The notes under the pieces are model-generated. The model was given only the letters and a program-made list of their open reading frames with translations, was not told the origin of the DNA and did not search any database. A stretch of 64,000 nucleotides of DNA from Amphiscolops sp. MND2022. Taxonomy: Eukaryota. Both the position numbers and the translations under genes were made by a program. Below, piece after piece: positions 1-11,400 of this stretch; the stretch's first letter is position 1; each line of letters opens with the position of its first letter. The stretch lies in the NCBI GenBank assembly GCA_964187785.1, contig OZ076413.1, positions 48,052,001 to 48,116,000 on the forward strand. The letters are read 5' to 3'.

Positions 1-1800
1 GGTGTAACTTCTGAAAATGGCACAGGTTGTTCCAACAATTCATTACCGATGCACACCTACTTCAGATGATCTTCTTCCCAAAACACAACGAACCAACGTT
101 CCTACAACGCATCCTTCTCGTACTGAACACAATACTCCCGGAATGAGGACACCGCATTTAGAACTGAGCTCAACACCCGTGGGGCAACGCCTTGACACAG
201 GAACGACTACAAAAACACATATTAAAATCACTACGGCTCAGCTGAACAACCCATCCTTCCGAACGAAAAAATCTTTCACAACAAGTAAAAAATTAAAATA
301 CCCTCCCAACCCAAAATACGCAATAAGAACTAACGGTGACAATACGATCTTCATACTAACCGCGACTCCACTTCAGTGCAAGTTCCGATTCCCTGCAGCC
401 CAACGAAACAAGAAAATGCCCCAGAGCCGTTGAACCAGAGAGAAGTCGCCGCTGCAACGTAGCCACTCACAAATGCAAGATACCAGAGTCATAAATGGCA
501 TTTTCGACTCTTTCGTTGGATGTTTCGGCAACAAATCGTCGGGAAAAAGGATAACCTTGCCCGAATCAACGAAAGGACGCGACCGAAATTCGTCCTCTTA
601 AGCGACAGCCAGAGTCATCCGCTCCATGAGTTTCTTATTGATGGGCAGTCCCTTGTGCATCCGGTACACTACGTCCTGTTCCCAGTGTTTCTTGGATTCA
701 AAGTAACGACTGAAATCTCAGGCCCGTGGGACTTCATAGCGACATGACGTTAACAGACGCGACAGAAGAAAAACTTACCGCTCCCACTTTTTGAACCAGT
801 CACGTCACAAAACGTCCAAAGACTGGATTCAGTGACAACATCCGCCGATGCAACAGTTTGGGACTGCTGTACTTCTTTGGTTTTGCTCTGTATAAACTAC
901 TCTCGACTTTTTGGACCAGGTCATTGAAACCTACAACACGAAAACTGATACAAACGGAATTCAAACGCATACTCCACAAAGGAAAACCCAACTCAAGCAT
1001 AAAGTGCTGCATAACCAAGACAAAGATAACAAGAAACATAAAGCAATAAGAAGCAATAAAATCGACCAACCCGATTGAAAGTGATGTTTAGTGCGCTCCT
1101 CCACCTCAGTCATCAAGTGTTGACCAAATTGCGCAGTTTCGGGAGAAGTAATATCCATTCCTTCCAGAGGCGTAACAATGTCGTCATCCTGACTACAATA
1201 GTCCCCCAGAACCCGTTGCGCAGTTGTAGACACACTTTCCTTCTGGTGTTTTGGAGGCGTTTCAAATCACACCTTCCCCTTACGGAAAGGAAACACTTTC
1301 GAAACTACAAAAACAAATCTATTAATACATCATCCAATGAAATTACAAAACCCAGCCTACCCAAGAAATAAACACCTCATACCACTAGGCTGATTTTCAT
1401 CTTTATCACTGGCTTCATTTTCACCTCAATGAGGCTCCACTCCCAAAGCAAGTTCAGACGAAAGCATCCCGGATAAGTCAGGAACAATGCAAGAAGAGGA
1501 CCCAATGACAGGGGAAGTAACTGCCTCAGTCACCGAACAACCAGGCGTCTCGTTAACAGTCCGCGGAGGTGGTGCAATGAGTACAGTACTGACTGGAGGC
1601 AAAACAGTGAAGGAGGCCAGTGAAGGTAACTCGACAACATTGCCAGGAGCTTCAACAGCAGTAACGGTAGGAACAACAGTCAAAGAAGCATCAGGTTGAG
1701 TTACTGAAAATCAAGATCTGGATTTCGACACGTCAGGACTAGTAAGGCCGATCACCAAAAAACAAAAGTCACATGACCCATGGAAGTCAGAAAGATTTTA
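1..1800 (-). pseudogene. Decayed, intron-containing paralogue of the antisense BED/hAT-like accessory gene (runs off the left edge; 5' extent uncertain)
   Basis: Manual minus-strand translation of ~800-410 gives FFCRVC*RHVAMKSHGP/DFSRYFESKKHWEQDVVYR...PFVDSGK...PFMTLVSCICEWLRCSGDFSLVQRLWGIF, and 206-1 gives SFLCQGVAPRVLSSV...DHLK*VCIGNE. These align with FNCSVCRKDVSFLSRGPRGIWRHFKCKGHFAKDRRYR...PPVTLGK...PTTLVGCLFELLRSGGSQMFLRRLWSQF...QTLYPRVLRRV...DSLREVCLVDE of the 14505-16919 ORF. Candidate GT-AG introns lie at 360-207, 1070-931 and 1424-1305. Stops and frameshifts are present. Confidence 0.8.
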
Positions 1801-2677
1801 CCAACCTGAAGTAATAACTGAAACCTCCACCACCGAATGAAAGACGTGATTGTCAGTGTAGATTAGTCAATATCATTACCACTGATAAACTTCAAAGCTG
1901 GAGCTGGAGTGAGCGGGGGAAGACCGGAATCATCATCCATTGATCAACAGCAATCTAAACGAAGAACAATTGGAGAGAAAAATCCAAGAAAACCACTCCT
2001 AAAAGAAAAACGCCCCTACAACGTAAAAGTCTAGAGTAAAGTATAACAGCGTCACTTGAACACAAATCATTTTTTCCAACAATTATTCTCACTTCTGGCC
2101 TGAAACGGCCTTGACGGAAGCCTAACGCTCCCAAAATCTAAAGGTGGATTGGATATATCACAGTCTAAAAAGAAAAAACAAATAACAACGACACTTCAAC
2201 GTAGCTGGCAAAAGAACAATCTACTCTTCAGCTTCAATCCAAAGCTTAATGAGAGACGGATGGGAACGAAACGTTTCCAAAAACCATACAGTGAATTTAA
2301 AATTATCAAAGAGATCTGACGAATAATTTTCAAGAAATTCCATTTTGAAAATTACGTCACGTGGACGTAATCCTTTCGAGAAGAAACTGATGACGTCATA
2401 ACGTTGTTAATTGAGAGAAGAACGAAAGCTAAAATTAGACGCTTTTCCTACACGTTCCAACCAATCACAATGCGCACGGAAGCAAATCGTTTTGCCAACT
2501 TAGGACAAACCGGAACGAAGGAAGAAAATCAGCCAAAAAGATTTCAGTGAGAATCTCAGGAAAGGGAAACCGAAACGCTCATTGTTCGTCCAATTTTCGC
2601 AAGGAACAGCTCAATTAGCCCATCTCGAAATTTGCTGATAACAAATTTGCAATCACCAAAAAACCTCCAAAAAAGAA

Positions 2678-3094
2678 ATGGATAACTATTCGCTAGTAAT
2701 AGACATTTTTTCGGATGAGGAAAACAACCGCCAAAGCACGCCGATCAAGACTGTACCCGTAAACATTGTCGGGAGATTAGACGTCAGTGACGCTTCGCTA
2801 GAAGCCTGGAGGTCCAGCGAAGCGAAGCTGGTTTTATCTTCATCATCAGCATCTATTTTTGAATCTATAAACTCGCCCAGAAAAAAACGATTCGCCCCGA
2901 TAAGCGACGGGAAGGGAACGGGACAAACAGCCGCAGATTCAGATGACGATTTCTACGAGGAGCCTGAATCGCCACGTATACTACCCCCTCTACAACCGGC
3001 AACAGTCCTAAGGGACGTTACTAATTTGTCTCCAGCTAACTGTGCTCCCCCTACAAAGATAAAAAAAGATTATGTGCTCCCCCTACAAAAATGA
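2678..3094 (+). CDS. Short acidic Ser/Pro-rich accessory ORF (138 aa), divergent from the antisense gene and just upstream of an LTR
   Basis: Open ATG-TGA ORF with an N-terminal LVIDIFSDEE and a basic SPRKKRF. It has the same position and orientation as ORF 18581-19165 in the full element. Confidence 0.5.
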   Translation: MDNYSLVIDIFSDEENNRQSTPIKTVPVNIVGRLDVSDASLEAWRSSEAKLVLSSSSASIFESINSPRKKRFAPISDGKGTGQTAADSDDDFYEEPESPRILPPLQPATVLRDVTNLSPANCAPPTKIKKDYVLPLQK

Positions 3095-3105
3095 ATCGAA
3101 CAAAG

Positions 3106-3745
3106 TGTTACGGAATAGCGACGCGACTACGAATTTTGATACCTGATTTTATGACGCGGGACTGAAATAATTTGAATGATTAGCGCTTTTTAGTGAACAA
3201 ACCCGATTTTTATGATACCCGGAATTTTTAGGTGAGGAACAAATGATGCAGGGAAGGTATTTAAAGTTTGGAAAAACATGTAAATTTAGTTAATCCTGAG
3301 AATTGTTTTGAGTTCAATTGTTCCGTTGTTCAAACGTAAACCTTCTTCGAAGAATTCACGCCTTACCGAAGACTCTAGTTTTCAACTGAAAGAATGACAG
3401 CTAGAAGTCAGAAAAGAAAGGCAGTAGCAGAACTTGTTTCTGGAGAGTTTGATGCTTCTATAGAAGAAGGATCCAGCCTGAAAATCTAATAACAGGTCCC
3501 AGTAAATACCCCAAAATACAACCTGAAAACTCAGAAGAGATAAAAACTTCCTCAAGAAAAGAGATAATGTCTGATCTAGCGAAGTTACTAGCTGAGAACC
3601 AGAAGGAGATAATGAATAACATCTGCTCAACAAAATGCACAAGATTCTGATTGTGAAACTGATAATATTTCCGTACCTCGAACGACAACGCCTGTGAAAA
3701 CTAATACGGCTGCACCTGAAACTACCCCGATAAACAGTCGTAACA
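3106..3745 (+). repeat. LTR (640 bp) of a second gypsy-like family; probably the 3' LTR of the decayed element at the window start, possibly a solo LTR
   Basis: Termini TGTTACG...CGTAACA form a perfect 7-bp inverted repeat. It contains a frameshifted Gag-like start ATG at 3394 (MTARSQKRKAVAELVSGEF...EIMSDLAKLLAENQKEIM) that runs to the LTR end, as in the LTR at 5359-7264. Confidence 0.65.
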
Positions 3746-5358
3746 AACAATGAAATATGTAATGATAATGCAAAAAATAATACATCAGGGGCCAGTGAAC
3801 TCTCTCTTATGGAGCATTCGAGTATTTTTAATAAGTTGTTGAGGCTCATGAAAGTTGTGTCTTATAATGACGTCACGATTACTGCTTTTTTGAATGAGAA
3901 TAATTCACGTCAACGCTACGTCAATGCTCAAGATGAATCAAACAATACGATGCACTAGTATACTCAAGTAGCGCGAAAAAGCTTTGGAAAAGAATCCCCA
4001 ATTTGGTGGATATAAACCTAAAGTAACATCACTAACTATATATAAAAGACACATAAGAAATGTCAGAGCTAAACATATAGTAACTGTTGCTTAATAGTTT
4101 TCGCTTGCTAAGTTGTATAATCATGAAGCCAGCCCTCCGCATATAAATACGTTTTTGAAACGTTATGCCAACTCAATGTTGAAAATGACTTATGATTTGC
4201 TGTTCCAGTTGAATGCTGCTATCTGTTTTGACATAACTTTCGTCGTTTAGCTGACGTCTTATTTGCGGCAACTATCACAATGATGCTAATGAGCTCTATA
4301 TATGCATTATGTGATTGTGTTGATGCCAATTAATCAAAACACAGTCCTATGATTCCTGAAGTTTTTCCAGCATCATCAACAGTAAGATCCTTTGACTCAA
4401 AATGTGGAGTTGTTCCAAGTACAATTCATGATTACTCATACATTTTCATCACACAGGAATACTTTTCGCGTCTACGGTTACCGCCATTTTACGTCTCAGT
4501 TGGGTAACTTCGATGAAAACGTAGATTCATTTCCGGTTAGAAATCTGATATTGGGTGAATCTTTCCTTTTAAGGTTGGTGTTTCGATGGAAGTTTAGGAA
4601 GTTCGATATACGTCAAAGACGAGTAAGCATCCTCCGCGTCTTTGATGTACCTGATCGCCGATGCTGCGCATGATATACATGCTAGTATGAACAAATGATG
4701 CTAGAAAGGTATACATGTTTAGGACTCAATTTGAAGGGGCACTGTACTTCGTTGTCTTTTGCTCTATTCATTCGCAACAATTGAAAGTTAAATTTAACCT
4801 TCCAAAGAAATCTTTCGAAGAAGATGACTACTAGGTGTCGCAGCCCGCTCCCGGTCTGGGATGCTGCTGTAAAAGAGTTGGAATTGGGAGAGGACATGGA
4901 TTCAGCCTACGCTTCCCAAGGTGGTATTTTGGATACTAACTCAAAATTTAAACTTAAACTTAAAATAAACTGTGACCGAGAATGCAAAATATACGTCTGC
5001 AATGCGCAAATCTCAAACGAGAATGCAAACAGAAAGTAAAATGAACTAAAATGATTTTCACGCATTTCCGGTAAGACGTGTCAGTCACGCCAAAATAGAA
5101 ACATTCACCACCTGAAAACTTAATTAAAACTTGCTTTAAAATGAAAGTCACAAATTAATCTAAATGAAAACTTATCCAAAAGCATCTCAAAGGAAAATAT
5201 CAATCAAATGTAAAACAGAAAGTACATTGAGATGGCACGCCGAGGATATTAAGCCTTTTCTAAGAAAGGCAGCTTAATTGCACTTTGAACAGCAATTAGT
5301 GTGATTTAGGACGGCAATACTGCGCTAAGTAAACAAGGCGGCGGTAGAAAGAAGAATT

Positions 5359-7264
5359 TGTCACAGCCCCGCCTGAGCTGCGAGCACTGCAACAAACACA
5401 ACCCAGTCTTCGAAGAATAAATTGGGAAAAAAACAAAGAAGAGGAAATAGACAGCTGACAAACAATCAGAAACAAAGGAGTTAAACAATATAAATTTGAA
5501 GTTAAATAAATAAATATATGCATATTAGTATTATTATCATAATAATGTACACTTATATAAATACGTACTTACGGAATAACGGAGCTATTCGTGCAGTTAA
5601 TAATAATACAATACTATGTAATAATAATATTCGAATTGCACCGCTCAGTGAACGAACTGAGAAATTAAAGGCGGAACTGAAGCCTGGCAGCCGGCCTCAA
5701 ATACTCGCACTAAAGCGGCGGCCTGGCAGGCAGCCTGAGAATTGTAAACTCAGCAAACTAATATACAAGTGCCCGCTATAGTGAATACATGTAAATGAAC
5801 TAATGTCTAGTGCAGTGATTTATTAACAATACGAGTGCAAATATACCAACAATTGAGATTTCTGTGCTAACTTAATAGAACATCACGTACCGCGGCCTGG
5901 GATGCGGCCTGAGAATTACATACGATAAATCAATCACGAAAGTGAAAGATGATGATGCTATCATGTAACTTTGTCTCGAAATGAATCTAGAGAGTTTTAT
6001 CTATGATCTTAAACTATACCGTCGTTTAAAATATCGCATACAACGTTCTTTTACATGTAAATATTGATGAATCTATAAACAGGCCTGAACCGCAGCCTGG
6101 ACCAAAGATTTAGTACCGAAAATCAAACCAAGTGTTAATAACATGTATATCCTGTTCCCTGAATCTGTTGCCGTTTAATTGCATTAAATACCTTTCTGAA
6201 CAATGTATCTGATGCTGTTTATAATTAATAGTTGCTTTACTCATTGAACAAATTTGTCCGTCCCGGACCATGGCCTGGGACCAGGCTTCGTGATCTTAAC
6301 CAAAAATCAGAGCCGTAAATACTGTAGAAGCAATTCTACTCTTATTTAAAACTTAATGTGTGATTTGTGTTGAATTTCATCCAAATAGTTGCTGATTTAT
6401 TTAATTTAGAGGAATATTTGTAAAGGAAAATTGGTTGTCATCATTTTTCCCCAAATTTGTGCAGTTAATCAATCTCATTCAATGACTCATTGCGCGTGTC
6501 TTTGGTAGTTTTTTCAGTTCGGCGTCCTGAAGAGGCGGGAAGTTGGAGGCGAAGGGAAGCGGAGTCGCAACTCAGACCGGAAGTGGACGCGTGCTTTCTT
6601 CGGAAAGCATGAACAAGCTGAAAGCCTGAGTTCGACAAAGCGGAACTGAACTTCCTGTTTCCCTGCCTCGGATGGACGCCGGACTGAATAAAATGTGAAG
6701 TATGTTCGTGTCTTTTCCCCGCTTTCCGGGATGGAAAGTATAAATACAATGGGAGCTAAAAGCCATTTTAGTTGAATTTTGTTATTTTTGCGAAACAATT
6801 ATTTTCCGTTTAACAATAATTAAAAATCTTGAAACACCACGCTTTGTCACTTGAGAACTTGCTCTAATTTCCTTAAAAAGAAAATCGAGAATCATCAAGC
6901 CTGAGTAAGATGCCAGAACGTAGCTCTAAAAGAAAAGCCAGAAGGGATTCCCCTGTGAACTCTTTAGACGAACCTGAATCTTCTAGCATGAGGACTGAAA
7001 ACGCCCCTAGTCTGTCTGATAAAGCTTTTAAGGAATTATCTGAAAAAAAAGAAAAGTCTGTAAGTAAAAGAATCAAAGACGCAGAGGTCGGACAGCGCGA
7101 GATTCTGAAGATGATAGAGAACCTGACCTCTAAAATTGATACACTGGCAGAAAGACCGCCTAACAACGTGCGTCATGACCCCGATGACGAGGACGCAGGA
7201 AACGCGGATTATAGATATAGAACAGTTGAACCAAGTGATTTACTCCCGAATCACGGTCAACACA
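5359..7264 (+). repeat. 5' LTR (1906 bp)
   Basis: TGT...ACA termini. Direct repeat of 19104-21011 with roughly 30-35 differences counted by eye (~98% identity). Confidence 0.95.
6739..6746 (+). promoter_or_regulatory. Candidate LTR TATA box (TATAAATA)
   Basis: Lies ~170 bp upstream of the gag ATG (6910), followed ~25 nt later by TTAGTT (Inr-like) and then ATTAAA near 6819. Also present in the 3' LTR. Confidence 0.55.
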
Positions 7265-8396
7265 TGGTGACAGGAGTTACCACAACCCAGGACATACCCA
7301 CCCGATCATCAAGTCTACCCCCGCCCAACATGAGATATCCAGACGATATCGTGGACAAATTGCTCGAATCCCTGAAGAATGCCACACAACAGAGCGCGGG
7401 ACTGCCCAGACTCCCGAAGGCACTCTCAACAACCATGCCCACATTCGATGGCCGCAATGACAAATTCCAGCACTTCGAGGACCTGTTTCTGACGAGCCTC
7501 AAAGTATATCCAAATATCTCAGAGGAAGAGCAAATTCACTACTTCCACTACCTCCTGAGAGGCGGTGCCCTACAGACGTATCGCAATATGACAGACGCAA
7601 ACCGCGCCAGTTTAGACGACATCATTACCACATTCCGAAGACGATACGTTCGCCCACAATCTATAGCCACCGCAAGATGTAAGTGGGAACAGCTTTACTT
7701 CGACCCAACTCGCCAAACCTTCCAAGACTTCCTGGAGCAATACCAGAAATTGGCACAAGAGGCATATGGTGATGACGCCCCAAAGTTCATAGAAACCTCA
7801 TTCTATGCAAAAATGCCAGCGCACTTAAAACGAGTCCTTAACCAGGCAAGACTAGAGACAGAGTCGTACGAACTGATGGTCCAACACCTGGAACGTGAAA
7901 TGGAGTCGAACGGACTCCTGGCCCAAGCAAAACCAACATAACAGGAGTACACCAAATCGATGTACAAGATGCCCCACAACAAACCGCCAATCCACCCAAA
8001 CCAGCAGGCCCGTGTTTCGGATGTGGCAACCCAGGCCATGTAATAAAGAACTGCCGGAAAACTGCTCGAGAAGCCCGCAACCGAGGCAATAGGGCACCGA
8101 CTAAAATAACAAACCCATGTGAAACCTGCGGCAAAAAGAGCCATACGACACAGGAATGTTATTCTGGCGCCAACTGGGCAAACAGACCCCAATGGTGGAA
8201 GACCCCTAAAGCAACTTCAGCGAATAACATCCCGCTGCCACAGAATACACAAGGTCAGTACCCCCCAGACAACACACCAGTACATCAACACCCATATAAC
8301 AACCAAACAAATAGCCAAACGGGCTACCAACCCATACTCCCGCACACCACTCAACCTCAAAACCAAACCCAGGAGCTCAGCCAATCAAAAAACTAA
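6910..8396 (+). pseudogene. gag: gag (capsid-like region plus two CCHC zinc knuckles), broken by a 1-nt deletion near 7922
   Basis: ORF 6910-7941 (MPTFDG...F..FEDLF capsid-like motif) continues in the shifted frame through CFGCGNPGHVIKNC (8013-8054) and CETCGKKSHTTQEC (8118-8159) to TAA at 8394-8396. Confidence 0.9.
7265..7277 (+). other. Primer-binding site TGGTGACAGGAGT (tRNA-Leu-like, inferred)
   Basis: TGG immediately follows the 5' LTR. It resembles the Leu-type PBS TGGTGTCAGGAGT with one mismatch and is read in frame inside gag (M-V-T-G-V). Confidence 0.7.
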
Positions 8397-8441
8397 ATAT
8401 GCCACATCTTCGATTTGGGGACACTGTCGAAACCCGACAGT
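8387..8441 (+). promoter_or_regulatory. -1 programmed ribosomal frameshift signal (A AAA AAC plus downstream stem-loops)
   Basis: The slippery heptamer AAAAAAC (8387-8393) sits directly before the gag stop, and the -1 frame is the pol frame (ORF 8399 MPHLRFG). Downstream hairpins are CCACATC-TTC-GATTTGG and ACTGTCG-AAACC-CGACAGT. Confidence 0.8.
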
Positions 8442-11400
8442 ACACAACATCCGAACCCCCAAATTCCTATGACCACAAAAGGAACACCGAGCGACATGAA
8501 GAACCATCTCTCGACGGGCAGCGAAGATGGCAGATTCACAAGCTCAACAAATATAATCGCCAAAACACTGCAAAGAAAGACTATCCTCAATGGTATCTTG
8601 ACAACCCGACTGCTTACAATACTCCTAAACGACCCCTACCAGAAAGCACTTCCCCCAAACCTACTTCCACGACTCTGACTTCAACTGCGACCCATACTAC
8701 AACCCTCAACTGTATGACAAGACGACCCTAACGTTCAAACAGCAGGAGTGCACGCCATTTGAAGAGTACATCAGAAAAACAGGGATGAATATTTCCACCG
8801 AACCACGTCACAGGTCCCAAACCGTCCAACCTATCCCAGACTACAACCAGGACGCCGAACACGTGACAGAAATCCTAGTTGATATCTCACAGAACAACGT
8901 CAATCCTATACTCAAGAACCAGAGATCCTATACCACGGCTCCCCATTCTCCACCAAAAGATCAGCCAATGAACCCTATCAGAGCCGGTATCATACGATCC
9001 CCAACAATGGACGTGGCACCAGACAGCCACCAACATAGAAACATCACCGACAGGACCACGATCGAAGCCGTGGACCTGGCCCCACCTACACCCAATTCGG
9101 AGACAAACATCTACAAACCAAAAACCAAACGAATAAAGAGATCCCTTCTCCTAGAACCCTCCGTTCAATACGAGACACAGCTCTCACCCACTATCCTCAA
9201 TAGTCAGCTAGAAGATGAAATCGACACCGATCGACACATCATAGCTGACGCAACCAACATGCAGTCTGAATTCCCATCAGGTGCTGCAAACGGCACACCG
9301 CAACAGGACGTTCCCAAGTCCTACCTCCCTGAGCAGACTGCAGAGTATCAGAGGAACAACAAAAGTCCAGTCAAAGAAATCAACGTTCCCACTTCTCTCT
9401 CCAGTAGGCAGACCGGAAACGAAGTCGAGGACCCTCGACCCCTCAACCCCGCCGCAACTAATACACAATCTGGATCCCCCACCGGTGTTGCAAATGACAC
9501 ACCACCCCAGGACGAACCCCAGTCCCACCCCCTGGCCCAGATTGCGGAATACCTCACGAGAGACCCCATAACAAAAGAAGAGTGCATACCAATCTTTTCA
9601 GCAGTATCCCTCAAAAAGAAGAAGAAAATGCTCTTCGCCCCCATGGACTTCCAGGACTTCACCCTGGACGCCCTCATTGACTCTGGCGCCCTTGTAAACT
9701 GCATCTCCGAAACTGACTACAATAAAATCCTCCAAATGTCCCCCAAAGACATAGTTAAAGAGTTGGAACCACCCCCTTTCAAACTTCAAGTTGCAAATGG
9801 CGACATTGAAACGCCCACCAAAACAATCATCCTCCAATTTGGAATCGGAGACTGGAATTTTAAGGAAACATTTATCGTAGCCAAACGACTGACAGGCCCA
9901 ATACTTGGCCTCACGTTCCTTAAAAATAACAGCGCCATCCTGGACGTGAGCCAGGGCCTGCTACACTTCCCCCTAGTCACATATTCAATCGAAACCGATG
10001 AATATACCCGTAACAGGAAACTGTACAAAGTACAAATAAAGAATCCACTCACTATTCCCCCTGAAACGACACAAACAATAACAGGCTCCACAGATATACC
10101 ATCCAACGTCGACACAACCGGTGTCATCAACCCAGCCACCAACCACTGCAGTGGCGACCCCCTCGTGGTAGCCAGTTAAATCTCAATAGCCTCAAACCGA
10201 AAAATCGACATCAGAGTTACAAATACAACCCCTACTTCCTATACCATCAAACGAAACACAACAATAGCAGATTTCAAAATCCTGTCCCCCGAAGAGGCAA
10301 AATAACTCAAACCACTCAACACAGCAGCACTCAAAGTGCTCGCTGAAGACGACTCCGAAGATGCGATGATATACATCAACGAGCTCCTGAAAACCCCAGA
10401 AAAACCATCTCACAATCAAAACTTTTGGTTTCCCACACCAGACCACCCCGGAGACCCTGCTACCCACACCCCGATCCAGAACCGAATTCTCCGAGAAATC
10501 AAAGAACTGGAAGAAATCCAGAAACTCGACCCAAACAACAGCGAAGAGGAACGAAAAACAATCCTCCAAAACTTCAAATGGGACGATTCACAACTCTCCG
10601 AAGATGACAAGAAAGACATCGAAGAAGTACTCATAGAGTTCAACGACATCTTTGCAAGGCATCGACTGGACATTGGAATCAACCATGATTTCAAAATCAA
10701 ACTCACACCGAAAACAGACGACCCCGTCTACTCACAGAGTTTGCCCTGCCCCATTAACCTGAAAGAAGATCTGACGGTCGAATTGGCCCTAATGCATTAC
10801 TTCGGGATTATAACCACGCTCCCGTTCAGCAAGTATGCCAGCCCCATTTTCGCCCAACGGAAGCCAAACGGCCGCCTGCGCCTACTAGTCGACCTCAGAA
10901 AAATCAACAATCTGATATCTGATGATTACATTAACAACAATCATCCAGTGAGCACACTAACAGACGCGGCGCAACACCTCGCCGGTAAGAAGTTGTTTTG
11001 CAAGCTTGATTGTTCACAAGCCTACCACGTGCTGCAAATGGCAGACCAGAAGTCCGTTCAACTTATAGCATTCAACTTCGCCAGCAGGACATTCGCGTAC
11101 CTCAGGCTAGCCCAAGGCCTGAGCCGCTCATTGTCGTCCTTTTCAAGTTTCATGAGGGAATACCTCGACAAGGCCATAAAGGCGGACAAATGCGCTCAGT
11201 ACGTGGATGACATTGGAATCGCCACCAACACTCCCGAGGAGTTAAAAAACAACTTGAGAGAGGTTTTCCAATGCATCCGCGCAGCAGGACTCCGGCTCTC
11301 CATGGCCAAATGTCAGTTCGGCGCCAAGGAAGTCGAATTCCTTGGGCGAACAATTTCCCCAGCAGGGGTGGCACCCCAAAGCCACAAGATCCAGAAACAC

